NCBI RefSeq assembly: GCF_030013595.1
Contig: NZ_CP122768.1
Reading direction: 5' to 3' (one strand)
DNA: 64,000 bases
Origin: Escherichia coli
Lineage (GTDB): Bacteria > Pseudomonadota > Gammaproteobacteria > Enterobacterales > Enterobacteriaceae
In this document: positions 47,061 to 60,122 of the stretch, one piece after another
How positions within the stretch are numbered: the first letter of the stretch is position 1
Layout: each line of letters starts with the position of its first letter
Made by a program: the position numbers and the translations under genes
The notes under the pieces: generated by a model
Told to the model about the DNA's origin: nothing
The model's input: the letters and a program-made list of their open reading frames with translations, nothing else
Database searches by the model: none

Positions 47061-47454
47061 GGGACTCCTCCTCGAGCAGCTGCCGATCGTTTGCCAGCTC
47101 ATGGCGTGTATGGCGCAGCAAGGTGGATTTACGCGATTTACGTAACGTCCAGATACCGCCAATCAGTGCCAGTAGCAGCAACACCACGGTGGTGGCAATC
47201 ATCGCATTCAGGCGATATTGCGGATCAACCGCCCAAATAATCAGCACCATCAGGCTCATAAGACCAAATGCAGCGAAAAGCATCGTCAGGCCCAGCATCA
47301 GTAAAAGTTGAAAGAGATTCGCTTTTTCCTCTTCCAGCTCCACCACCGCCAGCCGCAGACGTGTTTCCACCATTTCAACCATGATGGAAACAATTCGCTG
47401 CCCGATGCCCAGAACGCTTTTACCGGGCCCTTGCGCGTGATGAGTGTCCGCCAT
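47050..47454 (-). CDS. yqjE: Inner-membrane protein YqjE (DUF1469, 134 aa)
   Basis: ORF track 47050..47523; start trimmed to MADTHHAQGPGKS. Confidence 0.8.
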   Translation of the reverse strand: MADTHHAQGPGKSVLGIGQRIVSIMVEMVETRLRLAVVELEEEKANLFQLLLMLGLTMLFAAFGLMSLMVLIIWAVDPQYRLNAMIATTVVLLLLALIGGIWTLRKSRKSTLLRHTRHELANDRQLLEEESREQ

Positions 47455-47456
47455 AA

Positions 47457-47762
47457 TTAACGACGCGACAGCAGAACGCCGAGCACTACACCGATTGCAG
47501 CGCCAATGCCCACGCCCGTCCATGGATTTTCACGCACATACTCATCGGCACGCGCTGCCGCAACACGGGTTTGTTTGGCGATGGCATCACCGGTTTCACC
47601 CAGGCGATAACGGCTCTGTTTCAGTGCCTGCTCCGCTTTGCTACGAATCTTACTCAACTCTTCTTTCGACTTCTCGCCAGATGAGCTAAGCACCTCTTCC
47701 AGCGTATCGGAAAGGGATTTCAACTCAGCACGCAGATGTTCCGTAGTGTGTTCTTTCGACAT
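47457..47762 (-). CDS. yqjD: Ribosome-associated membrane protein YqjD (ElaB family, 101 aa)
   Basis: ORF 47457..47762; C-terminal TM anchor. Confidence 0.85.
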   Translation of the reverse strand: MSKEHTTEHLRAELKSLSDTLEEVLSSSGEKSKEELSKIRSKAEQALKQSRYRLGETGDAIAKQTRVAAARADEYVRENPWTGVGIGAAIGVVLGVLLSRR

Positions 47763-47799
47763 AGTTTTCTCCAGGTGAGTAAGTAGTGACTATTGTGAG

Positions 47800-48168
47800 T
47801 TAGTAGTCGCGCGCTTCCAGCTTTTTCAGCTCTTCCTGCGCTTCTGCCAGTTTCCGTTCGCGTTTGGCAATCTTATCGGCATCGCCTTTTTGCTTCGCCT
47901 CGGTTAAATCTTGCTGGCGTTCCGCCACCTCATCTTTCTGCTTTGCGATTTTCTTCTGATGATCGGCACGTAGCTGGCTATCTGAACAGTTGGCCCGGAC
48001 TTCACTCAGGGCTTTATTCAGACCGTCAATACGATTCTGGTTTTGGTGTTTTTCGGCATAGCTGATCTCCTTAAGGATATTTTGCTCCTTTTCCTGACAC
48101 AGGGTAGTGGCATAACTACCGGCACTAAGAGCAAAAAGAGAAACAGCTAAAGCGATGCGGTATTTCAT
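47800..48168 (-). CDS. yqjC: Periplasmic protein YqjC (DUF1090, 122 aa)
   Basis: ORF track 47800..48183; start trimmed to MKYRIALAVSLFALSAGSYA (signal peptide). Confidence 0.8.
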   Translation of the reverse strand: MKYRIALAVSLFALSAGSYATTLCQEKEQNILKEISYAEKHQNQNRIDGLNKALSEVRANCSDSQLRADHQKKIAKQKDEVAERQQDLTEAKQKGDADKIAKRERKLAEAQEELKKLEARDY

Positions 48169-48314
48169 TCTTGAACCTTCCATTGTGATTCGGACCTATT
48201 ACAAAGGAACGATTGTCCAGACAACGAAGCGGTAGTGTTAACCACCGCCTCATTAATCATAGACAGTTACGGTGAAATCACCAAAGTCAGTGATATGTTT
48301 CGGATAACAGGAAG

Positions 48315-48698
48315 TTATCCGAAGCGATGAGAGTTATCCCGCAACCGGGTCAGCCACTGCATAGCCTGACTATTATTGTCCTGCTGCGCGATGATGTAGC
48401 CATGGGGCAATGTTCTGTCGAGGACCGCTTTTGCGGCGGCACTCTGGTCGCTGGAGTCAAAGGTAATTAACAGAGTGTCATTTTTGGGGGTGATACTTTT
48501 GAAAGGAATGCCGTGAGCGTCAAGGTGATGCCAGATTGAAAAACCGTCTGGCATCGTTGTCCCTTGATGAACGGCACGAATCGCCAGCGTAGACTCTTGC
48601 TGGCGAACCGCGGACCAGGCCAGCAACAGTGTGCCGACCAGAAGTAAAACAGCGCCGGACCAGGCTAGCTGGCGAAGCGACATGCGAGGTATTTGCAT
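48315..48698 (-). CDS. mzrA: Modulator of EnvZ/OmpR MzrA (127 aa)
   Basis: ORF 48315..48698; single N-terminal TM helix. Confidence 0.85.
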   Translation of the reverse strand: MQIPRMSLRQLAWSGAVLLLVGTLLLAWSAVRQQESTLAIRAVHQGTTMPDGFSIWHHLDAHGIPFKSITPKNDTLLITFDSSDQSAAAKAVLDRTLPHGYIIAQQDNNSQAMQWLTRLRDNSHRFG

Positions 48699-48701
48699 CC
48701 C

Positions 48702-49364
48702 TTACCCCCGATTTCCATATTTCTTTTTCCATAACACGACCAGAGAACCTGCCAGGCCAAACACCAGCAGCACCACCGGGAGCAGCATCAGGCATGACAT
48801 CAGCTGGTCCTCGTACTTTAAAAATACCGGCGTTTTGCCGAGCATGTAACCCAGAGTTGTCAGGATCAATACCCACAGCAGACCGCTCATCCAGTTGAAG
48901 AACTGAAAGCGCGCGTTATTCAGCCCTGATAATCCGGCAATCGTCGGCAGCAGTGTTCTGACAAATGCAATAAAGCGACCAATTAACAGCGCCGATAAAC
49001 CGTGTTTATGAAAAAGATGGTGTGCGCGTTGATGATAATGCGCGGGTAAATGAGATAGCCAGTTTTGTACGGTGCGGGTATTGCCCAACCATCGCCCCTG
49101 AATATAGCTGACCCAGCAACCGAGGCTGGCGGCAACGGTCAGCAGCAGAATCGTTTGCGGATAGCCCATCGCGCCTTTCGCAATCAATACGCCGACCAAC
49201 ACCAGTAAACTGTCGCCCGGTAAAAAGGCCGCCGGAAGCAAGCCGTTTTCAAGGAACAAAATTACAAACAAGACAAAATACAACATGCCAATCATCGACG
49301 GATTGGCCAGGGTTTCAAAATCCTGCGCCCACAGGGCTTGCAGCAATTGGGTCAAAAGTTCCAT
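48702..49364 (-). CDS. yqjA: DedA-family inner-membrane protein YqjA (220 aa)
   Basis: ORF 48702..49364; DedA/SNARE-associated family. Confidence 0.85.
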   Translation of the reverse strand: MELLTQLLQALWAQDFETLANPSMIGMLYFVLFVILFLENGLLPAAFLPGDSLLVLVGVLIAKGAMGYPQTILLLTVAASLGCWVSYIQGRWLGNTRTVQNWLSHLPAHYHQRAHHLFHKHGLSALLIGRFIAFVRTLLPTIAGLSGLNNARFQFFNWMSGLLWVLILTTLGYMLGKTPVFLKYEDQLMSCLMLLPVVLLVFGLAGSLVVLWKKKYGNRG

Positions 49365-49708
49365 TCATTATTCCTGGTGAATCGGTTAACGCCACGCTGG
49401 TTTTAAAAGATGCACTACCGCAATGTTATTGCTGTTTTGGTATGTTTTGCGGGTTTGATACATCAACACAGCCTGAACTATTCCCTGTTAAATCGTGAGA
49501 TAAGAAAGCATTCAAAAGCATAAATTCAAATTGAATCTAATTGTAACAAAGGTCAACGTTGTTCGTTATCAAAATTACATGTCCGTGGAGTCTGATTTTG
49601 CTGATTGCAGGGGAGGGTGGCGAGAGGATTTACACAGGCTGACACTTTATACTTTTCGCTTACCGACGAAGCAAACAGGCGCATTGCAGCGCCTGTCGGA
49701 TGGAAATT

Positions 49709-50485
49709 TCATTTGCTGCCGCTGGTGGCCGTATCGAGATGCACAACCGGGTTTTCTGCGAACAGATAGCGGTCGGCATTGAACTCGAAATCGTCGCTGG
49801 TTTCGTTAAATAACATGATTTTGGTGTTTTCCAGATGCTGCCACATTGCCAGCTTAGCAGCATGAGGATCTTTGCGAATTAACGCCTTGAGGATCTGATC
49901 GTGGTCATCGCACCAGTTATCGACAGTACGGGCATCAATGTGTTCGTGTAGTTTTTTCCAGTACGGGTTATGGCTACGTTGGGTCCACATTTTTTCAACG
50001 ATAGCCGCCAGGGCGGAGTTCTGCGTCGCCAGGGCTACCTGAATGTGGAACTGCAAATCCCACTCGGAATCACGGAAGCATTGTTCGCCGCGCGCCTGCT
50101 CCTGGATGGCCATCAATTTCATGATGTCCTGTTTCGTTACCTGAGTTGCCGCGAACTCGGCAATATTACTTTCGATGAGCTGGCGAGCCTGGAGCAACTC
50201 AAACGGACCGTAATTGGCGAATTCCATATTATTGTCCGCCGCCTGCTGATGACGCGGCTGGTTGGAAACCACGTGAATACCTGAACCTTTACGCACCTCC
50301 ACATAGCCTTCAACTTCCAGCATGATGATGGCTTCACGAACTACCGTACGGCTGACGTTCTTTTCATCGGCAATAAAGCGCTCAGCAGGCAGTTTATCAC
50401 CCACCAGATAGACGCCCTGTTCGATGCGCTCTTTCAGATCAGCGGCAAGTTGTTGATACAAACGGCGTGGTTCAGTGATTTCCAT
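49709..50485 (-). CDS. exuR: GntR-family hexuronate regulon repressor ExuR (258 aa)
   Basis: ORF track 49709..50500; start trimmed to [26 protein letters not shown] (GntR HTH). Confidence 0.85.
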   Translation of the reverse strand: MEITEPRRLYQQLAADLKERIEQGVYLVGDKLPAERFIADEKNVSRTVVREAIIMLEVEGYVEVRKGSGIHVVSNQPRHQQAADNNMEFANYGPFELLQARQLIESNIAEFAATQVTKQDIMKLMAIQEQARGEQCFRDSEWDLQFHIQVALATQNSALAAIVEKMWTQRSHNPYWKKLHEHIDARTVDNWCDDHDQILKALIRKDPHAAKLAMWQHLENTKIMLFNETSDDFEFNADRYLFAENPVVHLDTATSGSK

Positions 50486-50614
50486 ATGCGCTCCAGGCAT
50501 GATACGGCAGACTATATTTGTTATACCACTTTTGCGAGTTTAGCTCTACTCACAGTGATGAAAAAGCCGCCTGAGAAGGCGGCTTTGAAGGGAAACTAAA
50601 ACTTACACGAAGCC

Positions 50615-51913
50615 TTAATGTTGCGGTGCAGGATCGTTATGTGTTTCCTGCGCCACCTCAATCGCCGGTTTGTTCTGCAACACGGTCCAGATAACCAGTG
50701 CACCCAGCAGGTCGAATACTGCCAGAACTGCGAACAGCGGGCTGAAGCCGATGGTGTCAGCCAGTGCACCGACAACCAGCGCAAACAGCGTACTTGCCAG
50801 CCATGCGGACATCCCGGTTAAACCGTTCGCCGTCGCCACTTCGTTACGACCGAACACGTCAGAAGAGAGCGTAATCAGCGCGCCAGACAGTGCCTGGTGA
50901 GCAAAACCACCGATACACAGCAGCATAATTGCGACATACGGGTTGGTGAACAAACCGATCATACCCGGGCCAATCATCAGCACTGCACCCAGCGTTACGA
51001 CCATCTTACGGGAAACGATCAGGTTCACACCAAACCAACGCTGGAACAGCGGCGGCAGGTAACCACCGAGGATACAACCGAGGTCAGCAAACAGCATCGG
51101 CATCCAGGCGAACATCGCAATCTCTTTCAGGTTAAAGCCGTAAACTTTAAACATGAACAGCGGGATCCACGCGTTAAAAGTACCCCAGGCCGGTTCTGCC
51201 AGGAAACGCGGCAGCGCGATACCCCAGAACTGACGGTTACGCAGGATCTGACCAACGGACATTTTCTTCGCCGTGCTCACCTGGTGCTGGGCTTCCTGAC
51301 CATTAATAATATAGTCGCGTTCTTCATCGGTCAGATGCTTCTGGTCGCGCGGATGTTTATAGAAAATCAGCCATGCCATCGCCCAGATAAAGCTCAATGC
51401 ACCGGAGATGATAAATGCCATCTGCCAGCTGTGCATTACGATTGCCCATACCACCAGCGGCGGTGCAATCATCGCACCAATCGAAGAACCTACGTTAAAG
51501 TAACCTACCGCGATGGAACGCTCTTTCGCCGGGAACCATTCGGAGCTGGCTTTCAGACCCGCCGGGATCATCGCTGCTTCCGCGGCACCGACCGCACCAC
51601 GAGCAACAGCCAGGCCGCCCCAGCTACCTGCCAGCGCGGTTGCACCACAGAACACGGCCCACAGCACAGCAAACATTGCATAACCGATTTTCGTACCCAG
51701 CACATCCAGTACATAACCTGCTACCGGTTGCATGACCGTATAAGCAGCAGAATAGGCTGCGATGATATAGGAATACTGTTGGGTGGAGATGTTTAACTCT
51801 TCCATCAGAGTTGGCGCAGCTGCCGCCACAGTGTTACGCGTCAGGTAACCAAGCACGGTGCCGAGCGTCACCAGTGCGATCATATACCAACGTAACCCTT
51901 TAATTTTACGCAT
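50615..51913 (-). CDS. exuT: Hexuronate (glucuronate/galacturonate) MFS transporter ExuT (432 aa)
   Basis: ORF track 50615..52033; start trimmed to MRKIKGLRWYMIALVTLG. Confidence 0.85.
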   Translation of the reverse strand: MRKIKGLRWYMIALVTLGTVLGYLTRNTVAAAAPTLMEELNISTQQYSYIIAAYSAAYTVMQPVAGYVLDVLGTKIGYAMFAVLWAVFCGATALAGSWGGLAVARGAVGAAEAAMIPAGLKASSEWFPAKERSIAVGYFNVGSSIGAMIAPPLVVWAIVMHSWQMAFIISGALSFIWAMAWLIFYKHPRDQKHLTDEERDYIINGQEAQHQVSTAKKMSVGQILRNRQFWGIALPRFLAEPAWGTFNAWIPLFMFKVYGFNLKEIAMFAWMPMLFADLGCILGGYLPPLFQRWFGVNLIVSRKMVVTLGAVLMIGPGMIGLFTNPYVAIMLLCIGGFAHQALSGALITLSSDVFGRNEVATANGLTGMSAWLASTLFALVVGALADTIGFSPLFAVLAVFDLLGALVIWTVLQNKPAIEVAQETHNDPAPQH

Positions 51914-53808
<1,895 letters not shown>

Positions 53809-53822
53809 GGTCTGGGGTTGAT

Positions 53823-55310
53823 ATGCAATACATCAAGATCCATGCGCTGGATAACGTCGCGGTCGCTTTAGCAGATTTGGCTGAAGGCACAGAAGTCAGT
53901 GTCGATAACCAGGCTGTTACGCTGCGCCAGGATGTTGCTCGTGGACATAAATTTGCGTTAACGGATATCGCAAAAGGGGCCAACGTCATCAAATATGGCC
54001 TGCCGATTGGTTATGCATTGGCGGATATTGCGGCGGGGGAACACGTTCACGCCCACAATACGCGCACGAATCTGAGCGATCTGGATCAGTATCGCTATCA
54101 ACCTGATTTTCAGGATCTGCCTGCGCAAGCGGCAGATCGTGAAGTGCAGATCTATCGTCGCGCTAACGGCGATGTCGGGGTGCGCAATGAGCTGTGGATC
54201 CTGCCAACCGTGGGCTGTGTCAACGGCATCGCGCGGCAGATCCAAAATCGTTTCCTGAAAGAGACCAACAACGCTGAAGGTACCGACGGCGTGTTCCTCT
54301 TCAGCCACACCTACGGCTGCTCACAGCTGGGCGACGATCACATTAATACCCGCACCATGCTGCAAAATATGGTGCGCCACCCGAACGCGGGCGCAGTGCT
54401 GGTGATTGGCCTGGGTTGTGAAAACAACCAGGTTGCCGCATTCCGTGAAACGCTGGGCGATATCGATCCTGAACGCGTTCATTTCATGATCTGCCAACAG
54501 CAGGATGATGAGATCGAAGCCGGGATCGAGCATTTGCATCAGCTGTATAGCGTGATGCGCAACGATAAACGCGAACCGGGCAAACTCAGCGAACTGAAGT
54601 TTGGTCTGGAGTGCGGTGGTTCTGACGGTCTTTCTGGTATTACTGCTAACCCGATGCTGGGGCGTTTCTCTGACTACGTGATTGCTAACGGTGGTACTAC
54701 CGTACTGACCGAAGTGCCGGAGATGTTTGGCGCAGAGCAGTTGCTGATGGACCATTGCCGCGACGAAGCAACGTTTGAAAAACTGGTCACCATGGTCAAC
54801 GACTTCAAACAGTACTTTATTGCCCATGACCAGCCGATCTACGAAAACCCATCACCGGGGAACAAAGCGGGCGGTATCACCACGCTGGAAGACAAATCAC
54901 TTGGCTGTACCCAGAAAGCGGGTTCCAGTGTCGTGGTTGACGTGCTGCGTTACGGCGAGCGTCTGAAAACGCCGGGGCTGAACTTGTTAAGTGCGCCGGG
55001 TAACGATGCCGTAGCGACCAGCGCCCTGGCGGGTGCGGGCTGTCATATGGTGCTGTTCAGTACTGGTCGTGGCACGCCGTATGGTGGATTTGTGCCGACG
55101 GTGAAAATCGCCACCAACAGTGAACTGGCGGCGAAGAAAAAACACTGGATCGACTTTGACGCGGGTCAGCTGATCCACGGTAAAGCGATGCCGCAGTTGC
55201 TGGAAGAATTCATCGATACCATCGTTGAGTTTGCCAACGGTAAGCAAACCTGTAACGAGCGTAACGACTTCCGCGAACTGGCGATCTTCAAAAGCGGCGT
55301 AACGCTATAA
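53823..55310 (+). CDS. uxaA: Altronate dehydratase UxaA (495 aa)
   Basis: ORF 53823..55310; SAF + dehydratase domains; paralogous to GarD. Confidence 0.9.
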   Translation: MQYIKIHALDNVAVALADLAEGTEVSVDNQAVTLRQDVARGHKFALTDIAKGANVIKYGLPIGYALADIAAGEHVHAHNTRTNLSDLDQYRYQPDFQDLPAQAADREVQIYRRANGDVGVRNELWILPTVGCVNGIARQIQNRFLKETNNAEGTDGVFLFSHTYGCSQLGDDHINTRTMLQNMVRHPNAGAVLVIGLGCENNQVAAFRETLGDIDPERVHFMICQQQDDEIEAGIEHLHQLYSVMRNDKREPGKLSELKFGLECGGSDGLSGITANPMLGRFSDYVIANGGTTVLTEVPEMFGAEQLLMDHCRDEATFEKLVTMVNDFKQYFIAHDQPIYENPSPGNKAGGITTLEDKSLGCTQKAGSSVVVDVLRYGERLKTPGLNLLSAPGNDAVATSALAGAGCHMVLFSTGRGTPYGGFVPTVKIATNSELAAKKKHWIDFDAGQLIHGKAMPQLLEEFIDTIVEFANGKQTCNERNDFRELAIFKSGVTL

Positions 55311-55334
55311 AGTCGAAATGAGTTGTTAATAAAA

Positions 55335-55370
55335 AACGGCGTTTCATAATGTGAAGCGCCGTTTGCTTTT
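55335..55370 (+). terminator. Intrinsic terminator after uxaA
   Basis: aacggcgtttcataatgtgaagcgccgtt hairpin followed by tgctttt. Confidence 0.55.
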
Positions 55371-55392
55371 CCAGACCTGCTAAGGATTTATC

Positions 55393-55944
55393 ATGACCGC
55401 GTATTGGCTGGCCCAGGGCGTGGGTGTCATCGCCTTTCTGATTGGTATCACAACATTTTTCAATCGTGACGAACGTCGCTTCAAAAAGCAGCTTTCGGTC
55501 TATAGCGCCGTTATTGGCGTACATTTTTTTCTTCTGGGCACCTATCCCGCCGGTGCCAGTGCCATCCTTAATGCCATTCGTACATTGATTACCTTACGCA
55601 CGCGCAGCTTATGGGTAATGGCGATTTTTATTGTGCTGACTGGCGGAATTGGCCTCGCGAAGTTCCATCATCCTGTCGAACTATTGCCGGTTATCGGCAC
55701 GATTGTCAGTACCTGGGCGCTATTCCGCTGTAAAGGGCTGACCATGCGCTGCGTAATGTGGTTTTCAACGTGTTGCTGGGTGATTCACAACTTCTGGGCG
55801 GGGTCGATAGGCGGCACGATGATTGAGGGTAGTTTTCTGCTGATGAATGGTCTGAATATCATTCGTTTCTGGCGGATGCAGAAAAGGGGAATTGATCCGT
55901 TTAAAGTAGAGAAAACCCCTTCCGCCGTAGACGAAAGGGGTTAA
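55393..55944 (+). CDS. ygjV: Inner-membrane protein YgjV (183 aa)
   Basis: ORF 55393..55944; multi-pass hydrophobic sequence. Confidence 0.8.
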   Translation: MTAYWLAQGVGVIAFLIGITTFFNRDERRFKKQLSVYSAVIGVHFFLLGTYPAGASAILNAIRTLITLRTRSLWVMAIFIVLTGGIGLAKFHHPVELLPVIGTIVSTWALFRCKGLTMRCVMWFSTCCWVIHNFWAGSIGGTMIEGSFLLMNGLNIIRFWRMQKRGIDPFKVEKTPSAVDERG

Positions 55945-55948
55945 ACAA

Positions 55949-57193
55949 TTAATTACGCAGGGCGCTATTTGCCAGACGATCGTCTTCTGCCTGGCAAGCT
56001 GCCGCAGTGAATAGCACGTCAGTTGAAGAGTTCAGCGCGGTTTCGCAAGAGTCCTGCAATACGCCGATGATAAAGCCGACGGCAACCACCTGCATGGCGA
56101 TATCGTTCGAAATACCGAACATATTACAGGCCAGTGGGATCAGCAGCAGAGACCCCCCCGCCACGCCGGATGCGCCACAGGCACACAGAGAAGCCACTAC
56201 GCTCAACAGCAGCGCTGTGGGCAGATCGACCGGAATACCCAGCGTATTAACCGCAGCCAGCGTCAACACGGTAATGGTGATTGCTGCGCCCGCCATATTG
56301 ATGGTGGCTCCCAGCGGAATAGAAACGGAATAGGTATCGCGATCCAGATTCAGCTTTTCACACAGCGCCATATTCACCGGAATGTTCGCTGCAGAGCTGC
56401 GGGTGAAGAAGGCATACACACCGCTTTCACGCAGGCACAGCAGCACCAGCGGGAACGGGTTACGACGAATTTTCCACCACACCAGCAATGGGTTAACCAC
56501 CAGCGCCACCAGTAACATACAGCCAACCAGCACGACCAGCAGTTGCGCGTAGCCCCACAGTGTGGAGAAACCGGTGGTTGCCAGGGTAGAAGAAACCAGA
56601 CCAAAAATACCGATCGGTGCGAAGCGAATGACCAGTTTCACCATAAAGGTGACGGCATTCGACATATCGTTGATCAGGTTTTTGGTGGTCTCGTTACCGT
56701 GACGCAGTGCGAAACCGAGGCCAATTGCCCACACCAGGATCCCGATGTAGTTACCTTTCAGCAGCGCGTCGATGGGGTTGGAAACCATGCTCATTACCAG
56801 CCCGCGCATCACTTCTACAATGCCTGACGGCGGCGAAATATCACCCGCGCTACTGGATAAGTGCAGGGTAGAAGGGAAGGCAAAGCTGAAGACTACTGCG
56901 GCCAGAGCAGCAGAGAAGGTGCCCAGCAGATAGAGGAACAAAATAGGGCGGATATTGGTTTTCTGCCCGTGCTGGTGGTTAGCAATAGATGCCATTACCA
57001 GCATCAACACCAGGATGGGGGCAACGGCTTTCAGTGCGCCGACGAACAAAGTACCTAACAGACCAACAGCTTCCGCCGCGGGTTTTGAGATCCATGCCAG
57101 AAGAATCCCCAGAACAAGGCCGACCAGGATTTGTTTTACCAGGCTGCCATGAGCCAGACGCCGGAATAGCCCCGGTGAACGTTGCGTAGTCAT
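55949..57193 (-). CDS. sstT: Na+-coupled serine/threonine transporter SstT (414 aa)
   Basis: ORF 55949..57193; DAACS-family transporter sequence. Confidence 0.9.
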   Translation of the reverse strand: MTTQRSPGLFRRLAHGSLVKQILVGLVLGILLAWISKPAAEAVGLLGTLFVGALKAVAPILVLMLVMASIANHQHGQKTNIRPILFLYLLGTFSAALAAVVFSFAFPSTLHLSSSAGDISPPSGIVEVMRGLVMSMVSNPIDALLKGNYIGILVWAIGLGFALRHGNETTKNLINDMSNAVTFMVKLVIRFAPIGIFGLVSSTLATTGFSTLWGYAQLLVVLVGCMLLVALVVNPLLVWWKIRRNPFPLVLLCLRESGVYAFFTRSSAANIPVNMALCEKLNLDRDTYSVSIPLGATINMAGAAITITVLTLAAVNTLGIPVDLPTALLLSVVASLCACGASGVAGGSLLLIPLACNMFGISNDIAMQVVAVGFIIGVLQDSCETALNSSTDVLFTAAACQAEDDRLANSALRN

Positions 57194-57479
57194 TTTTCGA
57201 TCCTTTCATTGTGTTGTCGCACATCCCTGGTGCGTTCTGTCGACGCATCTTTCAGGATGTAACAAAGTGTTTGCAAGGTCGAGTATAAGGAAAGTTACAG
57301 CTTCGGGAAGCGAAAAATGCTGGATTTTAAAGAGAGGTCATATTTTGCAACTTAATGGTTACATTTATTTGACATAAACAGAGGGAAGGACTGGCTACTA
57401 AGGCTGATTAGATAACATATGGGCAAAACTATTTGGAATATGAGAACGGTTGCGCTCTTTTAATGTGCTATGCCATATA

Positions 57480-57715
57480 AAGTCACTGGCGCAGGGAGCG
57501 CGCAGGGGGCGGCCAATCGCCGCCGCCCCCTGCACCCCCAGGCTCTGGCGAACAAAATCGCCGCTGCGCGGTTCCCTCAGCTTATCCCTTGCGGCTACCG
57601 GGTCGGGCGCAAGGGAACGTCCCTGTAAGATGCCCCCTCGCCGCGCATCCATGCGCGTCGCCCCGGCCTCCAGGGAACGCTTCGGCGATTTTGACGCCAC
57701 CAACACCCGTGCGGT
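57480..57715. repeat. GC-rich multi-hairpin intergenic element of unknown identity (between alx 3' end and sstT upstream region)
   Basis: Perfect 12-bp stem gcagggggcggc / gccgccccctgc (57502-57533), palindrome cgcgcatccatgcgcg, nested ccttgcg/cgcaagg pairings, and flanking ctggcg direct repeats; much more GC-rich than the AT-rich flanks. Confidence 0.4.
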
Positions 57716-57808
57716 CTTTTTGTAAAGAGCTATAAGCCGATTACATAATTAATAGCTCACCTTTGTCTGGAATGAGTTATCTCTAGTAATGGCTTAATAT
57801 ACAGCGAA

Positions 57809-58774
57809 TCATTCTCCCCGCTGCTTATCATGCCGATAATTCACCCAAGCGTTGATAATAAACGTCATCACCAGAATGCCAAACACCACGCCCAGCGAAA
57901 CGGCGATCGGAATATGGTAGAAGTCAACAATCAGCATCTTGATACCGATAAACACCAGAATCACCGCCAGACCATATTTGAGCATCGAGAAACGTTCTGC
58001 TACGCCCGCCAGCAGGAAATACATCGCACGCAGGCCGAGGATCGCAAACAGGTTTGAGGTCAGCACAATGAACGGGTCAGTGGTAACAGCGAAGATAGCT
58101 GGAATGCTATCCACGGCGAAAATCACGTCGCTCAATTCCACCAGAATCAGCACCAGCATCAGCGGTGTGGCATACAGCAAGCCATTCTTGCGCACAAAGA
58201 AATGCTCGTTGTCGATGGTGTCGGTCATACGCAAATGACCGCGCAACCAGCGCACCAGCGGCTTGTCGCCAATGCCTGATTCATCTTCATGGGCCAGCGC
58301 CATCTTCACGCCGGTAAACAGCAGGAAGGCACCGAAGATATACAGGATCCAGTCGAACTGCGAAATCAGCCAGCTGCCAGTGAAGATCATGATGGTACGC
58401 AGAACAATCGCCCCGAGCACGCCATACACCAGCACGCGGCGTTGTAATGCCGCCGGAACAGAGAAATAGCTGAACAACATCAGCCAGACAAAGACGTTAT
58501 CGACCGCCAGCGATTTCTCAATCAGATAACCCGTGAGAAAGGCCAGTGCCTGTGGATCGGCAACGGCGCGACCTTCGGTTTGCACCAGATACCACCAGAA
58601 AGCGGCGTTAAACAGTAACGACAGCGTCACCCAGACCAGCGACCAGGCCGCAGCCTGTTTCATGGTCATGGCATGTGCCCCACGACGCCCCTGCAACAAC
58701 AGGTCGATAGCCAGCATAATGGCGACAACAACAGCGAATCCGCCCCATAGCAACGGCGTGCCGACAGTATTCAT
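57809..58774 (-). CDS. alx: TerC-family membrane protein Alx (321 aa), putative Mn2+ exporter
   Basis: ORF 57809..58774; TerC family. Confidence 0.9.
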   Translation of the reverse strand: MNTVGTPLLWGGFAVVVAIMLAIDLLLQGRRGAHAMTMKQAAAWSLVWVTLSLLFNAAFWWYLVQTEGRAVADPQALAFLTGYLIEKSLAVDNVFVWLMLFSYFSVPAALQRRVLVYGVLGAIVLRTIMIFTGSWLISQFDWILYIFGAFLLFTGVKMALAHEDESGIGDKPLVRWLRGHLRMTDTIDNEHFFVRKNGLLYATPLMLVLILVELSDVIFAVDSIPAIFAVTTDPFIVLTSNLFAILGLRAMYFLLAGVAERFSMLKYGLAVILVFIGIKMLIVDFYHIPIAVSLGVVFGILVMTFIINAWVNYRHDKQRGE

Positions 58775-58990
58775 AGAAGTTCCTTACACATAAAAAAAAC
58801 GGCCAACGTCGGAAGACGTCAGCCGCTGCTTTTTATGCATAGACCTCGCCTTCCGGCAAGGTCTCACTTACAACAAAAAAGGAATACGTCTGCGTATTCC
58901 TTTCGGGTTGCCCGGTGACCGGATGTGGTTTTGCACACATCGTAATGACGATCGACCGGCAATGAAGTTACTCCCCTTTGCAGGTAACAA
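58775..58990 (-). promoter_or_regulatory. sraF: alx 5' leader: pH-responsive element / yybP-ykoY-family Mn2+ riboswitch (SraF region)
   Basis: About 215-nt structured leader immediately upstream of alx; assignment by position and established knowledge; motif not verified by covariance model. Confidence 0.55.
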
Positions 58991-59057
58991 AGTATGACAG
59001 ACCATTCAGTCAGTCAATGGTCTGTTACATGCCTTTTACACTGTTTTACTTTGGCAA

Positions 59058-60044
59058 TTATAGTTTTACTCTATCTGCCGGAAAAATCACCCCAGTCTGG
59101 CGGCGGATCTCGGTCAGCAGTTTGGCGGTGATGCGACTGACCGTCAGCCATGGATGATCCACCAGATGCTCATCCACCAGTTCAGCAAACAGCTCTGCTT
59201 CGTAGAGCATGGTATTAATATGCTGCGGTTGGGTGAGATCCTGCATCTGGCTGCCACGCGGAACAAAGCAAACTTTCTGGCATTCAGACAGTTTTTCAAT
59301 CACCAGCGATCCCGCTTCGCCCTGAATCTCGCTTGCCAGGACAGAATCGCTCACTTTTGAGTGCTGCAACGTAACGCTGAAATCACCGTAATCCATCACC
59401 ACCACGCCGTGGGCATCCACACCGCTTGCCAGCAAACTGGCGGTTGCCTGCACGCTTTTCGGTTCACCGAATAATGCCACCGCCGACGCCAGGCAGTAAA
59501 AGCCGATATCCATAATTGAACCGTTAGAGAATGCCGGATTAAAGGTGTTGGGATTCTCACCATCCAGGTAACGTTGATACCGCGAGGAATACTGGCAATA
59601 GTTGAAAAAGACTTTACGCAGTTTGCCGACTTTCGGCAGCGCCTGGCGTAACAGATGAAAGTTCGGCAGGCTGGCGGTTTTAAATGCCTCAAACAGCACC
59701 ACCTGATTTTCCCGCGCACAGGCAATGGCGGCATCCACTTCCGCCAGATTCGATGCCAGCGGCTTCTCGCAAATCACATGAATTTTGTGGCTAAGGAAAA
59801 GTTGTGTCTGGGAAAAGTGCAGGGCATTCGGGCTGGCAATATACACCGCGTCAATGGCATCGCTTTCTGCCATCGCTTCCAGCGACGTAAACAGATGCTC
59901 GACAGAAAAATCATTGGCAAAGTGCTGGGCCTGTTCAAGGCTGCGGGAATATACGGCGGTTAACTTGTATTTACCGCTCTCATGGGCGGCCTCGACGAAC
60001 TGGCGAGTGATCCAGTTCGTACCAATCACAGCGAAACGTATCAT
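59058..60044 (-). CDS. ygjR: Gfo/Idh/MocA-family NAD(P)-dependent oxidoreductase YgjR (328 aa)
   Basis: ORF track 59058..60062; start trimmed to MIRFAVIGTNWITRQFVEAA (Rossmann N-terminus). Confidence 0.8.
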   Translation of the reverse strand: MIRFAVIGTNWITRQFVEAAHESGKYKLTAVYSRSLEQAQHFANDFSVEHLFTSLEAMAESDAIDAVYIASPNALHFSQTQLFLSHKIHVICEKPLASNLAEVDAAIACARENQVVLFEAFKTASLPNFHLLRQALPKVGKLRKVFFNYCQYSSRYQRYLDGENPNTFNPAFSNGSIMDIGFYCLASAVALFGEPKSVQATASLLASGVDAHGVVVMDYGDFSVTLQHSKVSDSVLASEIQGEAGSLVIEKLSECQKVCFVPRGSQMQDLTQPQHINTMLYEAELFAELVDEHLVDHPWLTVSRITAKLLTEIRRQTGVIFPADRVKL

Positions 60045-60122
60045 AACGCGTGGATACTCCATAAAGGGATTCTGCCGTCAATGTAGCACGCCTTTTTCAT
60101 CTTCGACGTGCGCAGATACGCA

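Noticed and set aside
50897-51796. 299-aa ORF antisense to exuT
   Set aside because: Fully embedded antisense to the exuT membrane-protein gene; His/Arg/Cys-rich low-complexity translation.
57398-57706. 102-aa minus-strand and 91-aa plus-strand ORFs over the GC-rich sstT-alx element
   Set aside because: Both are Arg/Ala/Pro-rich frames through a hairpin-dense GC-rich segment with no RBS; more likely non-coding. The region is reported as a structured element instead.
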